This document shows, piece by piece, positions 50,412 through 61,323 of a stretch of 64,000 nt of DNA. How positions within the stretch are numbered: the first letter of the stretch is position 1; each line of letters starts with the position of its first letter. Source of the DNA: Candidatus Fraserbacteria bacterium (GTDB lineage: Bacteria; Bipolaricaulota; Bipolaricaulia; RBG-16-55-9; DRXL01); contig CAMTVK010000001.1 in NCBI GenBank assembly GCA_947085185.1, positions 79,243 to 143,242 of the forward strand, written 5' to 3'. The translations under genes were made by a program, and so were the position numbers. The notes beneath the pieces are model-generated. The model did no database searches, was not told the DNA's origin, and saw only the letters and a program-made list of their open reading frames with translations.

Positions 50412-51032
50412 ATGCCCCAGATGCGCTCGCTCTTCGATGAGCCCGCGCCGCCCCCACAGAGCTTGACGTTTGAGGAGGCGCAGCGCCAGGCCCAGATGTG
50501 CACGAAGTGTCGTCTTCATCAGAGCCGCACAAACGTGGTCTTTGGGGAAGGCAGCACGAAGTCTCCTGTGATCTTTCTGGGGGAGGGCCCCGGCGAGGTC
50601 GAAGACTCTAGCGGGCGACCGTTTGTGGGGCCAGCGGGCCAGAAGCTCACGGAGATCTTAGAGTCTGTGGGTATAGCTAGGGAGCGCGTGTATATTAGCA
50701 ATATGGTCAAATGCCGTCCCCCTGGCAATCGCGCCCCCCAAAAAGACGAGATCGACGCATGCTGGCCCTACTTGGAAGCCCAGATCAGGCACATCAAGCC
50801 CAAGATCATTGTGGCGTTGGGGAACGTCCCGGCGCAGTATCTGCTCAAGACAGCTGAGGGGATCACGACCCTGCGGGGAAGGTTCTTTCCCTGGCGTGAT
50901 GGGATCGAAATTTTCTGTATGTTTCATCCGAGCTATCTCTTGAGGAACCCGTCGCGCGAGCCGGGCAGCCCCAAGTACTTAACGTGGCAAGACATCAAAA
51001 AGCTGAAGGAGAGGCTCGATGGACTTCTCTGA
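50412..51032 (+). CDS. uracil-DNA glycosylase family 4
   Basis: CTKCRL, GEGPG, GRPFVG, VKCRPPGNR, FHPSYLL. Confidence 0.95.
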   Translation: MPQMRSLFDEPAPPPQSLTFEEAQRQAQMCTKCRLHQSRTNVVFGEGSTKSPVIFLGEGPGEVEDSSGRPFVGPAGQKLTEILESVGIARERVYISNMVKCRPPGNRAPQKDEIDACWPYLEAQIRHIKPKIIVALGNVPAQYLLKTAEGITTLRGRFFPWRDGIEIFCMFHPSYLLRNPSREPGSPKYLTWQDIKKLKERLDGLL

Positions 51033-51504
51033 GTTGACGGAGCCGGAGCGCCGCGCGCGCGTCGCAGAAGCTTTAAAGATTGGCGAGGAGCTGCGCCGGG
51101 CCAAGGAGTACGACAAGGGCATTGATCTTCTCATAGAAGCTCTTCAGTATGGGGTGGACAAAGCTCAGATCTATTTTCGCTTGGGGAATATCTATTTTGA
51201 TGCGGGGAAGCTAGAGCACGCGGAGTACGCCTATCGTCGCGCGATTGATCTTGATCCCCTGCACGTCAATGCGCATCACAATCTGAGCGTCGTGATGCGC
51301 AAGCAGGGCCGGCTGGGCGAAGCGATCCGTCTGCGGCGTCAGGTAGAGCGTCTCGCTTTCAAGAATCCCCCGCGCCTGACGCTGACGCCAGAGCAAGCTG
51401 AGCAAGCTCGACGGCTGGCGCGCCGATGGCTGATAGGCGTTGGGATTGTCTTTGGGGGAGTAATTGTGGGGCTGATCGTGCTGGGCTTCCTCTCGAAGGG
51501 ATGA
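51019..51504 (+). CDS. TPR-repeat membrane-anchored protein
   Basis: TPR pattern YFRLGNIY..AEYAYRRAIDLDP; C-terminal TM. Confidence 0.8.
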   Translation: MDFSELTEPERRARVAEALKIGEELRRAKEYDKGIDLLIEALQYGVDKAQIYFRLGNIYFDAGKLEHAEYAYRRAIDLDPLHVNAHHNLSVVMRKQGRLGEAIRLRRQVERLAFKNPPRLTLTPEQAEQARRLARRWLIGVGIVFGGVIVGLIVLGFLSKG

Positions 51505-51583
51505 GCAGGGAAATGTAATGATATCGCGATTCGAGCAAGGACTCCAGAGATGTCGTGATCCAGAAGAACACGGTGGAAGAAAA

Positions 51584-51991
51584 TCAACGAGGATACAACC
51601 CCCACAACCCGCTGGGTTCTTGCTTGCGCTCCATTACAACACCCGAAAGCTTTTTAATATAGATCTCGTTGGTCTCGTGCACGGTCGCTTTCGATAGGTG
51701 CCCGCCCACCGTCGAGCCGTCCTCAAGCCCTAAGACAGCGTGACAGTGAATGTGCGACTTGCCCTCTCTCAGCGAAAAATTGCCCTGAAGTGCCAACAGC
51801 TCCGCCGGCCCCAAGACTCTGTGCTCTTTGTACTCTTTCCCCGTCCAAAAAGCGAGCGTCACCTCGCGCAGCATCCCAATCCCGCCAACTAAAACCCCCG
51901 ACGTCAGCTGAAGCGAGCCCAAAGATTCGAAGAAGTCTTCCCCCGCCTGCAACCGCACGATCAGATCTTCTCCAGACTCAACGACAAACAT
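51584..51991 (-). CDS. PPC/DUF296 domain protein
   Basis: ELLALQGN, HIHCHAVLG, GGHL. Confidence 0.88.
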   Translation of the reverse strand: MFVVESGEDLIVRLQAGEDFFESLGSLQLTSGVLVGGIGMLREVTLAFWTGKEYKEHRVLGPAELLALQGNFSLREGKSHIHCHAVLGLEDGSTVGGHLSKATVHETNEIYIKKLSGVVMERKQEPSGLWGLYPR

Positions 51992-51994
51992 CGC

Positions 51995-52675
51995 TTACTT
52001 GGCGCTCCAGAAGTACCCGTTCATAAAGCCGATTCTCGTGATGGGCCACACCCGCAAGAACGGCTCCCCAATAAAGTCTTTCTCCGGGAACGGCCCCCAA
52101 TAGCGACTGTCGTAACTGTTATTCGTATTGTCCCCAAGCACGAAATAGTACCCCTCGGGCACCTCCCAGCTCTCCCGTCCCACCGAAGAGTAGCAATCTC
52201 TCCTGGGGTTGGGATGGCCCGGATGGTTGAACGCATCGCTTGTCAAGGGCTGCCCGTTCACGTACGCCATACAGTCGCGGATCTCGACGGTCGCTGGACC
52301 CACGGCGATCAGCCTCTTCACCAAGCGATCGCACTTGCCCATGTCACACCGCCAAAAGACGATAATATCCCCTGGCGTGGGCCTGCGAAAACGATACGTC
52401 AGCATATCGACAAAGAAGCTATCCCCAGGCATGATCGTGGGCTCCATCGAGCCCGTGGGCACGAAGACGCGCGCCACCGCGTAATTGACCGTGATCAGCG
52501 TGATGAGCCCAGCGACCCCTAAGACACCGACCCAGTCGAGCAGCCAGTCTAGAGCTGGGGTCGTGGGCACCCCCACAGCATTCAGGAGCCGCGAGAGCCA
52601 CGGCTTGCGCGCCACACCATGGGGATCGTCTGAAACTATCTCCGACTGGGTTGCATCTTCTTTGGGATCGAACAT
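51995..52675 (-). CDS. lepB: signal peptidase I
   Basis: VPTGSMEPT, LVKRLI, LGDNTNNSYDSRYWG. Confidence 0.95.
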   Translation of the reverse strand: MFDPKEDATQSEIVSDDPHGVARKPWLSRLLNAVGVPTTPALDWLLDWVGVLGVAGLITLITVNYAVARVFVPTGSMEPTIMPGDSFFVDMLTYRFRRPTPGDIIVFWRCDMGKCDRLVKRLIAVGPATVEIRDCMAYVNGQPLTSDAFNHPGHPNPRRDCYSSVGRESWEVPEGYYFVLGDNTNNSYDSRYWGPFPEKDFIGEPFLRVWPITRIGFMNGYFWSAK

Positions 52676-52719
52676 AGCTTTAGCATAGCAAGCCAGAAGA
52701 TCTTCTGCAAGGCCCTCGT

Positions 52720-53829
52720 TCAGTGAGAGACTTTGACATGGCTCACCGCGCGAGCGCGTACCAAGCTGATGTGCCGATACAAAAATGCCGCAAACGAGAG
52801 CGCAGCTCCAGCGTAGATCGTCGCTTCATAGCCACCAAAGAGCACTATCACTGCTCCCAGCGCCGGCCCGATGACCATCGAGATATTGAGCACCGACGTA
52901 AAGATCGCGGAAGCGGCACCGGGATTGGGATGGCCTTCGGTAGCCGCCCGCAGGCCGCCTACGTAGATCAACGACCAGGAGATGCCTAGCAAAATCTGCG
53001 TCGGCAGAATCCACCAAAAGTTGGGCGCCAGCGCGAACGTGACAAACGTCACACTCGACAGAAAGAGTCCCGCGCGCAGGAGCCCCGGGCTCCATCCCCG
53101 ATCGGTCATAAAGTACATCACGAGAAACTGCGTCCCCGTGTTGACCGCCGAGATCACGCCGATCCAAAAGTAGTCAGCCCCAAGTTTCTGCAAGAAGAGC
53201 GGCCAGAAGGCCCAGATCATATGTGCCCCAATATGTCTTATCAGCACAGAGATGAACGTCGAACGATGGCTGAGAAAGACTTCCCATAGCGAGGTGGGCT
53301 TCTCGTGCGCAAGATCGGGCGGGCGCACGCCAAACCGCATTGCCAACAGATACGCAACAAAAAACAGCCCGGACGCCGCCACGAACGTCCCGCGGATCGT
53401 AAAGTACGTCGCGATCGTCCCAGCGACCAGCGAGCCCGCGGTCCACCCGAGTGAGCCGAACGCCGAAAACCGCCCCAGACGCTCTTGAGAGGCTTGGACG
53501 TGAGAGATGAGTGCAGCGGGATAGATCCCTAAAGCCAAGCCGTTGAGCACGCGAAAGAATACCAGAGACCCAAAGTCGAACGCGACGACTTGGAGCAGGG
53601 TTGAGACCGCTGAGGCGAGCAGACCAAAGACGATAAAGACGCGGGTTCCGTAGCGATCGGCAGCGTGCCCACAGAGCAAATTTGTCAGCACAGTCGCAAG
53701 AGCTGTGATCGCCGCGAGCAAGCCGACGCCCACGTCATCGGCGCCAAGCTGATGCGCATAGAGGGGGATGAACGTCCCCGCGATCGTAGTGGCCGTCGTT
53801 GCGAGAAAATTGGCGAGGCGGACCCTCAT
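52720..53829 (-). CDS. MFS transporter
   Basis: GHAADRYGTR motif A, ~12 TM. Confidence 0.88.
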   Translation of the reverse strand: MRVRLANFLATTATTIAGTFIPLYAHQLGADDVGVGLLAAITALATVLTNLLCGHAADRYGTRVFIVFGLLASAVSTLLQVVAFDFGSLVFFRVLNGLALGIYPAALISHVQASQERLGRFSAFGSLGWTAGSLVAGTIATYFTIRGTFVAASGLFFVAYLLAMRFGVRPPDLAHEKPTSLWEVFLSHRSTFISVLIRHIGAHMIWAFWPLFLQKLGADYFWIGVISAVNTGTQFLVMYFMTDRGWSPGLLRAGLFLSSVTFVTFALAPNFWWILPTQILLGISWSLIYVGGLRAATEGHPNPGAASAIFTSVLNISMVIGPALGAVIVLFGGYEATIYAGAALSFAAFLYRHISLVRARAVSHVKVSH

Positions 53830-53945
53830 AGGAGCCTCGCCTCCAGCACACTCATGAAGACAGAATCACCGCAAAAATTATGCCGCAGATTCTCTCGCGA
53901 TGCAAGCTTGTAATGAGAGATCGTTACCGCAGGGACCGGGTGCAC

Positions 53946-54060
53946 TTGCAAGTCGGCGCTCGTTTTGCTACAGTAAAAGGCCGAACTTCGCGTCCCCTTC
54001 CGGATTCTTCACACCACCGGAGGGGAGGTGCTCGGAACTTTGGAGAAAGGAGGAAGCGAT
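53946..54060 (+). promoter_or_regulatory. rpsB promoter and structured leader
   Basis: TTGCAA-17-TACAGT; leader hairpin ccccttccgg...ccggagggg; RBS AAAGGAGG. Confidence 0.6.
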
Positions 54061-54846
54061 GTGGAGCTTCTGACGATCAAAGAGCTCTTGGAAGCGGGGG
54101 TGCACTTTGGGCACCGAGTGCGCAAGTGGAACCCCAAGATGCGCGAATATATCTTCACCGAGCGCAAGGGGATTCACATCATAGACTTAGAGAAGACGAT
54201 TCAGCTGTTTGAGGAAGCGTATCTCTTTGTGCGTGATACGGTGGCGTCGGGGAAGAACGCGCTCTTTGTAGGGACCAAGCGCCAGGTGCAGGAGACTATC
54301 GCGGAAGAGGCCAAACGCTGCGGCGCACACTATGTCAACCAACGATGGCTGGGTGGAACGTTGACCAACTTTGGCATCATTCAGAAGCGTATTCAGAGGA
54401 TGAAAGACTTGGAGGACATGGAGCAGGCCGGGGTGTTCGACACGATGCCTCCCAAGGAAGCCCAGAACTGGCGCCGCGAATTGATGAAATTGCAGCGGAC
54501 CCTCGAGGGCCTGCGCCACATGGATCAACTGCCCGGCGTGCTGTTCGTCGTCGATACTATCTTAGAGAAGAACGCCATCCACGAGGCGAAGTTGCTAGGG
54601 ATCCCCGTCGTAGCCATCGTCGATACCAACTGCGATCCCGACCCCATTGATTTCCCGATCCCGGGAAACGACGACGCGATCAAAGCGACGAAATTGATCA
54701 CGGCGCGCATTGCCGACGCGGTGTTGGAAGGTCGCGAGGGGCGCTCCGCTGAGAAAGCTCCTGCGCCAACACCCGAGGAGCAAGCCTCCGTGGTCGCGGC
54801 GCCAGCGTCCAACGGCGCCCCAGATATCTCAGAGAAGAGGGAGTAG
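54061..54846 (+). CDS. rpsB: 30S ribosomal protein S2
   Basis: [35 protein letters not shown]. Confidence 0.98.
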   Translation: MELLTIKELLEAGVHFGHRVRKWNPKMREYIFTERKGIHIIDLEKTIQLFEEAYLFVRDTVASGKNALFVGTKRQVQETIAEEAKRCGAHYVNQRWLGGTLTNFGIIQKRIQRMKDLEDMEQAGVFDTMPPKEAQNWRRELMKLQRTLEGLRHMDQLPGVLFVVDTILEKNAIHEAKLLGIPVVAIVDTNCDPDPIDFPIPGNDDAIKATKLITARIADAVLEGREGRSAEKAPAPTPEEQASVVAAPASNGAPDISEKRE

Positions 54847-54850
54847 CCCA

Positions 54851-55459
54851 ATGAGCACAGCGCCATTCAACGAGTTGGTGAAGAAGCTCCGTGAGGAGAC
54901 GGGCATCGGTATCCTCGACTGCAAGAAAGCCCTCCAAGAAGCCCACGGCGACCTCGAGAGAGCCAAGCTGATTCTCCGCGAGCAGGGCAAGGAGCTCTTT
55001 GCCTCACGCACAGGAGAAACCAAGCAAGGGCGCGTCGAGGCGTATATTCATCACAACGGGCGTATTGGGGTCTTGATCGAGATGGACTGTCAGACGGACT
55101 TTGCTGCCAACAGCGAGGCATTTCGCGAAACTCTGAAAGACTTGGCGATGCATATTGCTGCGGCGTATCCGCCTCCCCAGTACATCAAGCCCGAGGACGT
55201 GCCCCCTGAGGTCATCGAGCGCGAGAAGGAAGTCTATCGTCATCAAGCGGAGCAAGAGGGCAAGCCTCCTCACGTCATCGAGAAGATCGTCGAGGGCAAG
55301 CTCAAGACGTTCTTTACTCAAGTCTGCTTGCTCAAACAGCCCTTCGTCAAGGACCCAACCGGGAAGACGAGCGTCGAAGATATTTTAGGCGAGCTCACGA
55401 ACAAAGTGGGCGAGACCATCGTCGTGCGGAGGTTCGCTCGATTTGAAGTGGGCAAATAG
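54851..55459 (+). CDS. tsf: elongation factor Ts (short form)
   Basis: VKKLREETG, CKKAL, CQTDF, AMHIAA, RRFARFEVG. Confidence 0.97.
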   Translation: MSTAPFNELVKKLREETGIGILDCKKALQEAHGDLERAKLILREQGKELFASRTGETKQGRVEAYIHHNGRIGVLIEMDCQTDFAANSEAFRETLKDLAMHIAAAYPPPQYIKPEDVPPEVIEREKEVYRHQAEQEGKPPHVIEKIVEGKLKTFFTQVCLLKQPFVKDPTGKTSVEDILGELTNKVGETIVVRRFARFEVGK

Positions 55460-56138
55460 ATTTCTTCTCAAACTCTCCGGCGAGGCGCTTGGGACAGCTG
55501 GGGTTGATCCCGTCAAGCTCGAGTCCCTGACCGATCAGATTCAGCGCGCGCATGAGCTTGGCGCAGAGCTCGCTCTGGTGATCGGGGCGGGCAACTTCAT
55601 CCGTGGGGCTGCGTGCACAGCCCTTGACCGAGTCGTCGCTGATCAGATGGGGATGCTCGCGACCGTGCTCAACGGCATGGCCCTCGGTCATAGCCTAGAG
55701 CGCCGCAATATCCCCGTGCTCTTGCAATCGGCGGTCCCCGTAGCGTATGCCCAGCCCCTCGATCCCATGGGGGCCCGCCGCGCCCTCGCCGCGAAGAAGC
55801 TCGTGATCTTCGTTGGGGGAACGGGCAATCCCTTCGTCACCACCGACACCGCCGCGGCGATCCGAGCCAGCGAAGTCCACGCCAAAACGGTACTCAAAGC
55901 GACAGACGTCCCCGGCGTCTACAGCGCTGACCCCAAGAAAGATCCCACAGCTCAGCTCTATAGAGAACTCACGCTCGATGAAGCGATCGCCAAGCGACTC
56001 AACGTGATGGACTTAACGGCGCTCACGCTCTGTCGAGAACGTGAGATTACTATTATAGTCTTTGACGTCTTCTGTCCGGGCAATTTGGAGAGGATCGTGC
56101 GCGGCGAACCTGTCGGCACCGTCATCAAGCCGCGCTGA
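55443..56138 (+). CDS. pyrH: UMP kinase
   Basis: LLKLSGEAL, GNFIRG, DQMGMLAT, GNPFVTTDTAA. Confidence 0.95.
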   Translation: MKWANRFLLKLSGEALGTAGVDPVKLESLTDQIQRAHELGAELALVIGAGNFIRGAACTALDRVVADQMGMLATVLNGMALGHSLERRNIPVLLQSAVPVAYAQPLDPMGARRALAAKKLVIFVGGTGNPFVTTDTAAAIRASEVHAKTVLKATDVPGVYSADPKKDPTAQLYRELTLDEAIAKRLNVMDLTALTLCREREITIIVFDVFCPGNLERIVRGEPVGTVIKPR

Positions 56139-56150
56139 GGGAGGTTGTCC

Positions 56151-57809
56151 ATGCGTCACGTGCTCGCGCTTGTTGCCCTGAGTCTTCTCGCTCTTGTGAG
56201 TCAGCCCGCGCAGACACAATCCCCGCCCTCGCTCGTCTATCACGCCTATGATTTCACAGGGACGACGACCATCGCGGGCTTTGGGACCTGGGAGTTCCGC
56301 TCGCTGCAAGCTGATCTGCTCACCCTCGCCCAAGAGCGCCCTCAGATTATCCAAGTCGTCTCGCTCGGCAAAAGCCATGAGGGCCGCGAGATCTGGGCGA
56401 TCAAGCTCAGCGACGACGTCTCTTTGGAAGACCCCACAGAACCCGAAGCTCTCTTTATCGGGGGCCAGCACGCCCGCGAGTGGATCAGCGTCGAAGTGCC
56501 GTTTCTGATCGCTCAATATCTCGCGCACCATTACGAGACTGACGAACGCGTCAAAGGACTCATAGATAATTTAGAAATCTGGATCGTCCCCATGGTCAAC
56601 CCTGACGGGCACGAGTATACGCGCTCTGATCCATGCCCAACGGCCCCACAGCAGCTCTGTCGCCTGTGGCGTAAAAACAGAAGAGACTTGGGCAATGGCG
56701 TTTTCGGGGTCGATCTGAACAGAAATTGGGGCTTCCAGTGGGACTCGCGCGCCGGTGGCAGCCGCAATCCCCACAGCATCACCTATCGGGGGCCAGAGCC
56801 CTTCTCTGAGCCGGAGATCAGGGCCATTCGCGGTCTTGTGCTCGACCCCGCCAAGCGCTTCAAAGCATTTATAGACTATCACAGCTATTCGCAGCTGGTG
56901 GGCTGGCCCTGGGGCTATACGCTCGATCCGCCGATCCCCTTGAGCGAAGATGCCCGCTTCGAGCCGCCGTCCGATAGTCTCGAGTACGCGCGCATCGGCG
57001 AGACGATGTCCAAGCTCATTCTCAGTGTGCATGGGCAGCCCTATCGAGCTTGTCAAATCAGCCTTGACTGTCCCTACCCCGCAGCGGGGGTCTCCAACGA
57101 TTGGTTCTATAGCGAGACCGGGGGGATCTCGTTGATCATTGAGCTGCGCCCCTCTAGTGGGGAGCCGGGGTTTGTCTTGCCCGCCGATCAGATCCGGCCG
57201 ACGTTCGAAGAGAATCTTCCGGCCGCGCTCTATCTCTTAGAACAAGCTCTCGCGGAGCTCATCGTGCGCGACAGCATCACCGACGACGGTCGCGTCCCAT
57301 CAGACGAGATCGGCTTCAGCCCCGACATCCGCGTTGATGGAGCCCCAGTAGGAATCGTCAATGCTACGGAAGACCCCTTCGGTGAGAACGATCACGAGAA
57401 TGCTATCGCGAACGCGGTCAATCGCGTCTTCGTCACCGTGCACAATCGTGGGCTGACGGACATCCCCAACGCTGTGGTTGAGCTCTATTGGAAGGACAAC
57501 TCACAGCTCGATCTTTCGGCGTGGCCCGAGGGCTGGCAGCCCATTGACGATGACGCGGACCCGCGCACACCACCGACATGGCGACATTTTCTCAATATTC
57601 CCGCAAACAGCTCCGTCACGACGACGTTCCTGTGGGTGCCGCCTTTGGCGACCCCCGATGCGACGCTGCTTGCGCGTGTGCGCCACCTGCAAGACCCCAT
57701 CAAATTCTTGCGCGACCCAGCGCTGCGCTTTGAGCCCGATCGCTATGACAACAACATGGCTTCGCGGCGGGTTCAGGTCTTGTCCACGACCTTGGGGACC
57801 TCGAAATAA
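56151..57809 (+). CDS. secreted M14 zinc carboxypeptidase with C-terminal beta domain
   Basis: Signal peptide; HARE, NPDG, WRKNRR, GVDLNRN, HSY, IELR. Confidence 0.92.
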   Translation: MRHVLALVALSLLALVSQPAQTQSPPSLVYHAYDFTGTTTIAGFGTWEFRSLQADLLTLAQERPQIIQVVSLGKSHEGREIWAIKLSDDVSLEDPTEPEALFIGGQHAREWISVEVPFLIAQYLAHHYETDERVKGLIDNLEIWIVPMVNPDGHEYTRSDPCPTAPQQLCRLWRKNRRDLGNGVFGVDLNRNWGFQWDSRAGGSRNPHSITYRGPEPFSEPEIRAIRGLVLDPAKRFKAFIDYHSYSQLVGWPWGYTLDPPIPLSEDARFEPPSDSLEYARIGETMSKLILSVHGQPYRACQISLDCPYPAAGVSNDWFYSETGGISLIIELRPSSGEPGFVLPADQIRPTFEENLPAALYLLEQALAELIVRDSITDDGRVPSDEIGFSPDIRVDGAPVGIVNATEDPFGENDHENAIANAVNRVFVTVHNRGLTDIPNAVVELYWKDNSQLDLSAWPEGWQPIDDDADPRTPPTWRHFLNIPANSSVTTTFLWVPPLATPDATLLARVRHLQDPIKFLRDPALRFEPDRYDNNMASRRVQVLSTTLGTSK

Positions 57810-58063
57810 TTATCTCGACGTTTGGGAGCGTTCTTGAGGGCTTCTTCCGGGGAGACCGAGGGGCGTGGCTCATCGGCTCTGAAAACATTGTGCACGTCCA
57901 AGATATGGGTCATCGGCGCGACGTTTGCCGTGTCGAGTTTTTCTATCTGCCGGAAATAATTGAGAATGCGCCCAAGCTGCTCCTGAAAGAGCGCGACTTC
58001 TTCTTCGCTGAGCTTCAGCTTGGCTAGCTTCGCAATATGCAGCACCTCATCGCGCGTAATCAT
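57773..58063 (-). CDS. gatC: Asp/Glu-tRNA amidotransferase subunit C
   Basis: ITRDEVLHIAKLAKL, NVFRAD, ALKNAP, YFEVPKV. Confidence 0.95.
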   Translation of the reverse strand: MITRDEVLHIAKLAKLKLSEEEVALFQEQLGRILNYFRQIEKLDTANVAPMTHILDVHNVFRADEPRPSVSPEEALKNAPKRRDNYFEVPKVVDKT

Positions 58064-58070
58064 GGCTCTA

Positions 58071-60404
58071 TTATACCCGCGCCATGGCAAACTTGTCCCC
58101 AAACCGCCGCCGAAACTCTTCGATCAAGGGGTGATTGGGGTTCTGCGCAATGAGCCAAAACGCCTCCTCGCGCGCGGCCTTCATCAAGTCTAAGTCTGCT
58201 ATCAGATCAGCGACTTTGAACGTGCTGTCCAACCCATGCTGCGCTACCCCCAGCATATCCCCAGGCCCGCGAATCTTTAAGTCTTCCTCAGCGATCTGAA
58301 AACCGTCCAGAGTGCTCTGAAAGATATGGAGTCTCCGGCGGCCCTCTTGGCTGCGTGGGGTGGCGATCGCAAAACAGTAGGACTTATCCCCAGCTCGCCC
58401 GATCCGCCCGCGCAATTGATGGAGCTGCGAGAGCCCAAACCTGTCGGCGTGCTCAATAATCATAACAGTCGCGCTGGGCACGTCAATTCCCACTTCAATA
58501 ATGGTCGTGCTCACTAGAACATCAAGCTCCCTCGCAAGGAGTTGCCCCATCACGGCTTGCTTCTCGCTCTCGCTCATACGCCCGTGCAGCAGCCCCACAC
58601 GGAACCCCTTCAACACCGTGCGCTCAAGCTCCTCCTTCGCTTGAGTCGCCGCCTTAAGATCGAGCTCCTCGGACTCCTCGATGAGCGGAAAGACAATATA
58701 CGCCTGTGCGCCCTTCTGAAGCTGCCCCGCGACAAATTCATAGACCTGCTCACGTTTGTCCTCGGAGATCCAGAACGTCTGAATGTTCTTGGCGAAGGGC
58801 AGCTCGTCTAAGATCGAGATCTCAAACTGCCCGTAGAGCGTCAGGGTGTTCGTCCTGGGGATGGGCGTGGCGCTCATCACTAAAATATCTAAGTTTTCGC
58901 CCTTCTGTTCGAGCTGCGCCCTTTGGATCACCCCAAAGCGATGCTGCTCGTCGATCACCGCGAGCCCCAGATTTTTGAAGTGAACTTCGTCTTGGATGAG
59001 CGCGTGGGTGCCGATGACGCAATCTATAGCGCCCCGAGAGATCGCGGCGCGCACAAAATCTTTTTCGCGCTCGGGAAGGCTCCCCACAAGCAGCGCGACT
59101 TTAGGGGGCTCGCTCAGCCGCGAGAGCAATGCCGTGATCTTATGATAGTGCTGTCGCGCTAGGATCTCTGTGGGGGCCATGAACGCAGCTTGATAGCCCG
59201 ACTCACTAGCAATCAGAGACGCCGCCGTCGCCACGACCGTCTTGCCCGAGCCCACATCCCCCTGCAAGAGCCTGTTCATAGGGCGTGGGGCAGCCAAGTC
59301 CGCGCGGATCTCTGCTATAGCGCGCTCTTGCGCTCGCGTCAGCCGAAACGGCAACACGCCAAAAAACTCCTCCAAACGCTCATCGGAGATCGTCAGGCTG
59401 CGCCCAGGGCGCTCCCCGATCTTTTGCTTCTCCAGAGCGACCCCAATCTGAAAGAGCAACAGCTCCTCAAACGCTAGGGTGTCGTGAGCTTTCTGATACT
59501 CTTCGAGGCTGTGGGGGAAGTGAATCTTCTCGAACGCCTCATCGCGGGGCAGCAGCCCGTGACGGACACGAATCTCCTTGGGGATCAGATCGGTAAGAGC
59601 CGGACGATAGATCGAGAGATTGTTCTGAATCAATCTATAGAGCACGGACGGCTTGAGCCCTTCCGTAGCAGGGTAGATGGGCACCAAGCGCCCGGTGAGA
59701 AAGTTTTTCGGAGCTGGCTCCCAGACGGGATTGCTCATCTGGAGCTGCCCGTGGGGGCTCTCGACCGTCCCGTAGAGCGAGATCATCTCCCCTGGCACAA
59801 GCTGATTCTTGAGCCACGGCTGATTGAACCAGACAGCGTAGAGAATTCCCGTATTGTCTTGGATGGCCGCTTTGACGATCTCTAGATGGTTTTTTGGTCT
59901 GATGACGTCAACGGCGCGCACGCGCCCCCGCACTGTGACTTTGTCGCCATGGCGCAGCTGCATAATTTTTTTTGTCTCGCGGCGATCTTCGATGCGCTTG
60001 GGGAAGTACGTCAAGAGATCTTCGATCGTCTGGATGCCGAGCTTTTGCAGAAGTTTTTCTCGTTGTGGGCCGACGCCCTTGGCGAAGCGCACTGGGGCGT
60101 GGAGGCCCTCGCTTGGTGTGTCGGCCGCTGTCGGAGAGCTGGGCTTGTGTACGGCTTCTAACGCTCTCAGGGAGTCTTCCAGCTCGCGGATCACGGCGCG
60201 TCGGGCCTGCGGGGGTTTGAGGGCATAGCCCTGGGTGAGCCTGCGCAGGCGCTGGGCAACGTCGGGATAAGCGGAGCTCAGCGCTGAAGCTGTAGTATCA
60301 ATGAAGCCTTCCAGTCCTCCGAGGACGGCCGCATCTTGGTAACGGGTACGCTGTTCGAGCTGCAGGACCTTTCGTAGTTGGGAGAGCAATTCATCAAAGT
60401 GCAT
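58071..60404 (-). CDS. recG: ATP-dependent DNA helicase RecG
   Basis: RLLQGDVGSGKT, DEQHRFG, MSATPIPR, HQLRGRIGR. Confidence 0.98.
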   Translation of the reverse strand: MHFDELLSQLRKVLQLEQRTRYQDAAVLGGLEGFIDTTASALSSAYPDVAQRLRRLTQGYALKPPQARRAVIRELEDSLRALEAVHKPSSPTAADTPSEGLHAPVRFAKGVGPQREKLLQKLGIQTIEDLLTYFPKRIEDRRETKKIMQLRHGDKVTVRGRVRAVDVIRPKNHLEIVKAAIQDNTGILYAVWFNQPWLKNQLVPGEMISLYGTVESPHGQLQMSNPVWEPAPKNFLTGRLVPIYPATEGLKPSVLYRLIQNNLSIYRPALTDLIPKEIRVRHGLLPRDEAFEKIHFPHSLEEYQKAHDTLAFEELLLFQIGVALEKQKIGERPGRSLTISDERLEEFFGVLPFRLTRAQERAIAEIRADLAAPRPMNRLLQGDVGSGKTVVATAASLIASESGYQAAFMAPTEILARQHYHKITALLSRLSEPPKVALLVGSLPEREKDFVRAAISRGAIDCVIGTHALIQDEVHFKNLGLAVIDEQHRFGVIQRAQLEQKGENLDILVMSATPIPRTNTLTLYGQFEISILDELPFAKNIQTFWISEDKREQVYEFVAGQLQKGAQAYIVFPLIEESEELDLKAATQAKEELERTVLKGFRVGLLHGRMSESEKQAVMGQLLARELDVLVSTTIIEVGIDVPSATVMIIEHADRFGLSQLHQLRGRIGRAGDKSYCFAIATPRSQEGRRRLHIFQSTLDGFQIAEEDLKIRGPGDMLGVAQHGLDSTFKVADLIADLDLMKAAREEAFWLIAQNPNHPLIEEFRRRFGDKFAMARV

Positions 60405-60525
60405 CGTGAATCTTATTCAAGTCCAGCACCGTTGCCTCTAGGCGGCTGCTGAGCCGAGCATCGAGCTAATCTATGCGCGCGTTGGTGCGATCAATCCGCT
60501 CGGTGTTCTGGGCAATGTTGACCAT
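60394..60525 (-). pseudogene. possible remnant of a short coiled-coil ORF with internal TAG
   Basis: MVNIAQNTERIDRTNARID*LDARLSSRLEA... directly downstream of the repeated promoter. Confidence 0.3.
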
Positions 60526-60575
60526 AGCGCTCTATCCTACCTTGCTCTGCTGCGCTGTGCAAGAGATTGAATCAC
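60517..60575 (-). repeat. duplicated promoter cassette copy 1
   Basis: 59 bp, one mismatch vs 61265-61323; contains TTGCAC-17-TAGGAT on minus strand. Confidence 0.85.
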
Positions 60576-60632
60576 GGAGGACACAGAAAGACCACGGAAA
60601 GCACAGAAAGCGCCGTTCTTCCGTGATTTCAA
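60567..60632. repeat. palindromic CACGG/CCGTG element A
   Basis: TTGAATCACGG...CACAGAAAGCGCCGTTCTTCCGTGATTTCAA. Confidence 0.85.
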
Positions 60633-60637
60633 TCCTC

Positions 60638-61323
<686 letters not shown>

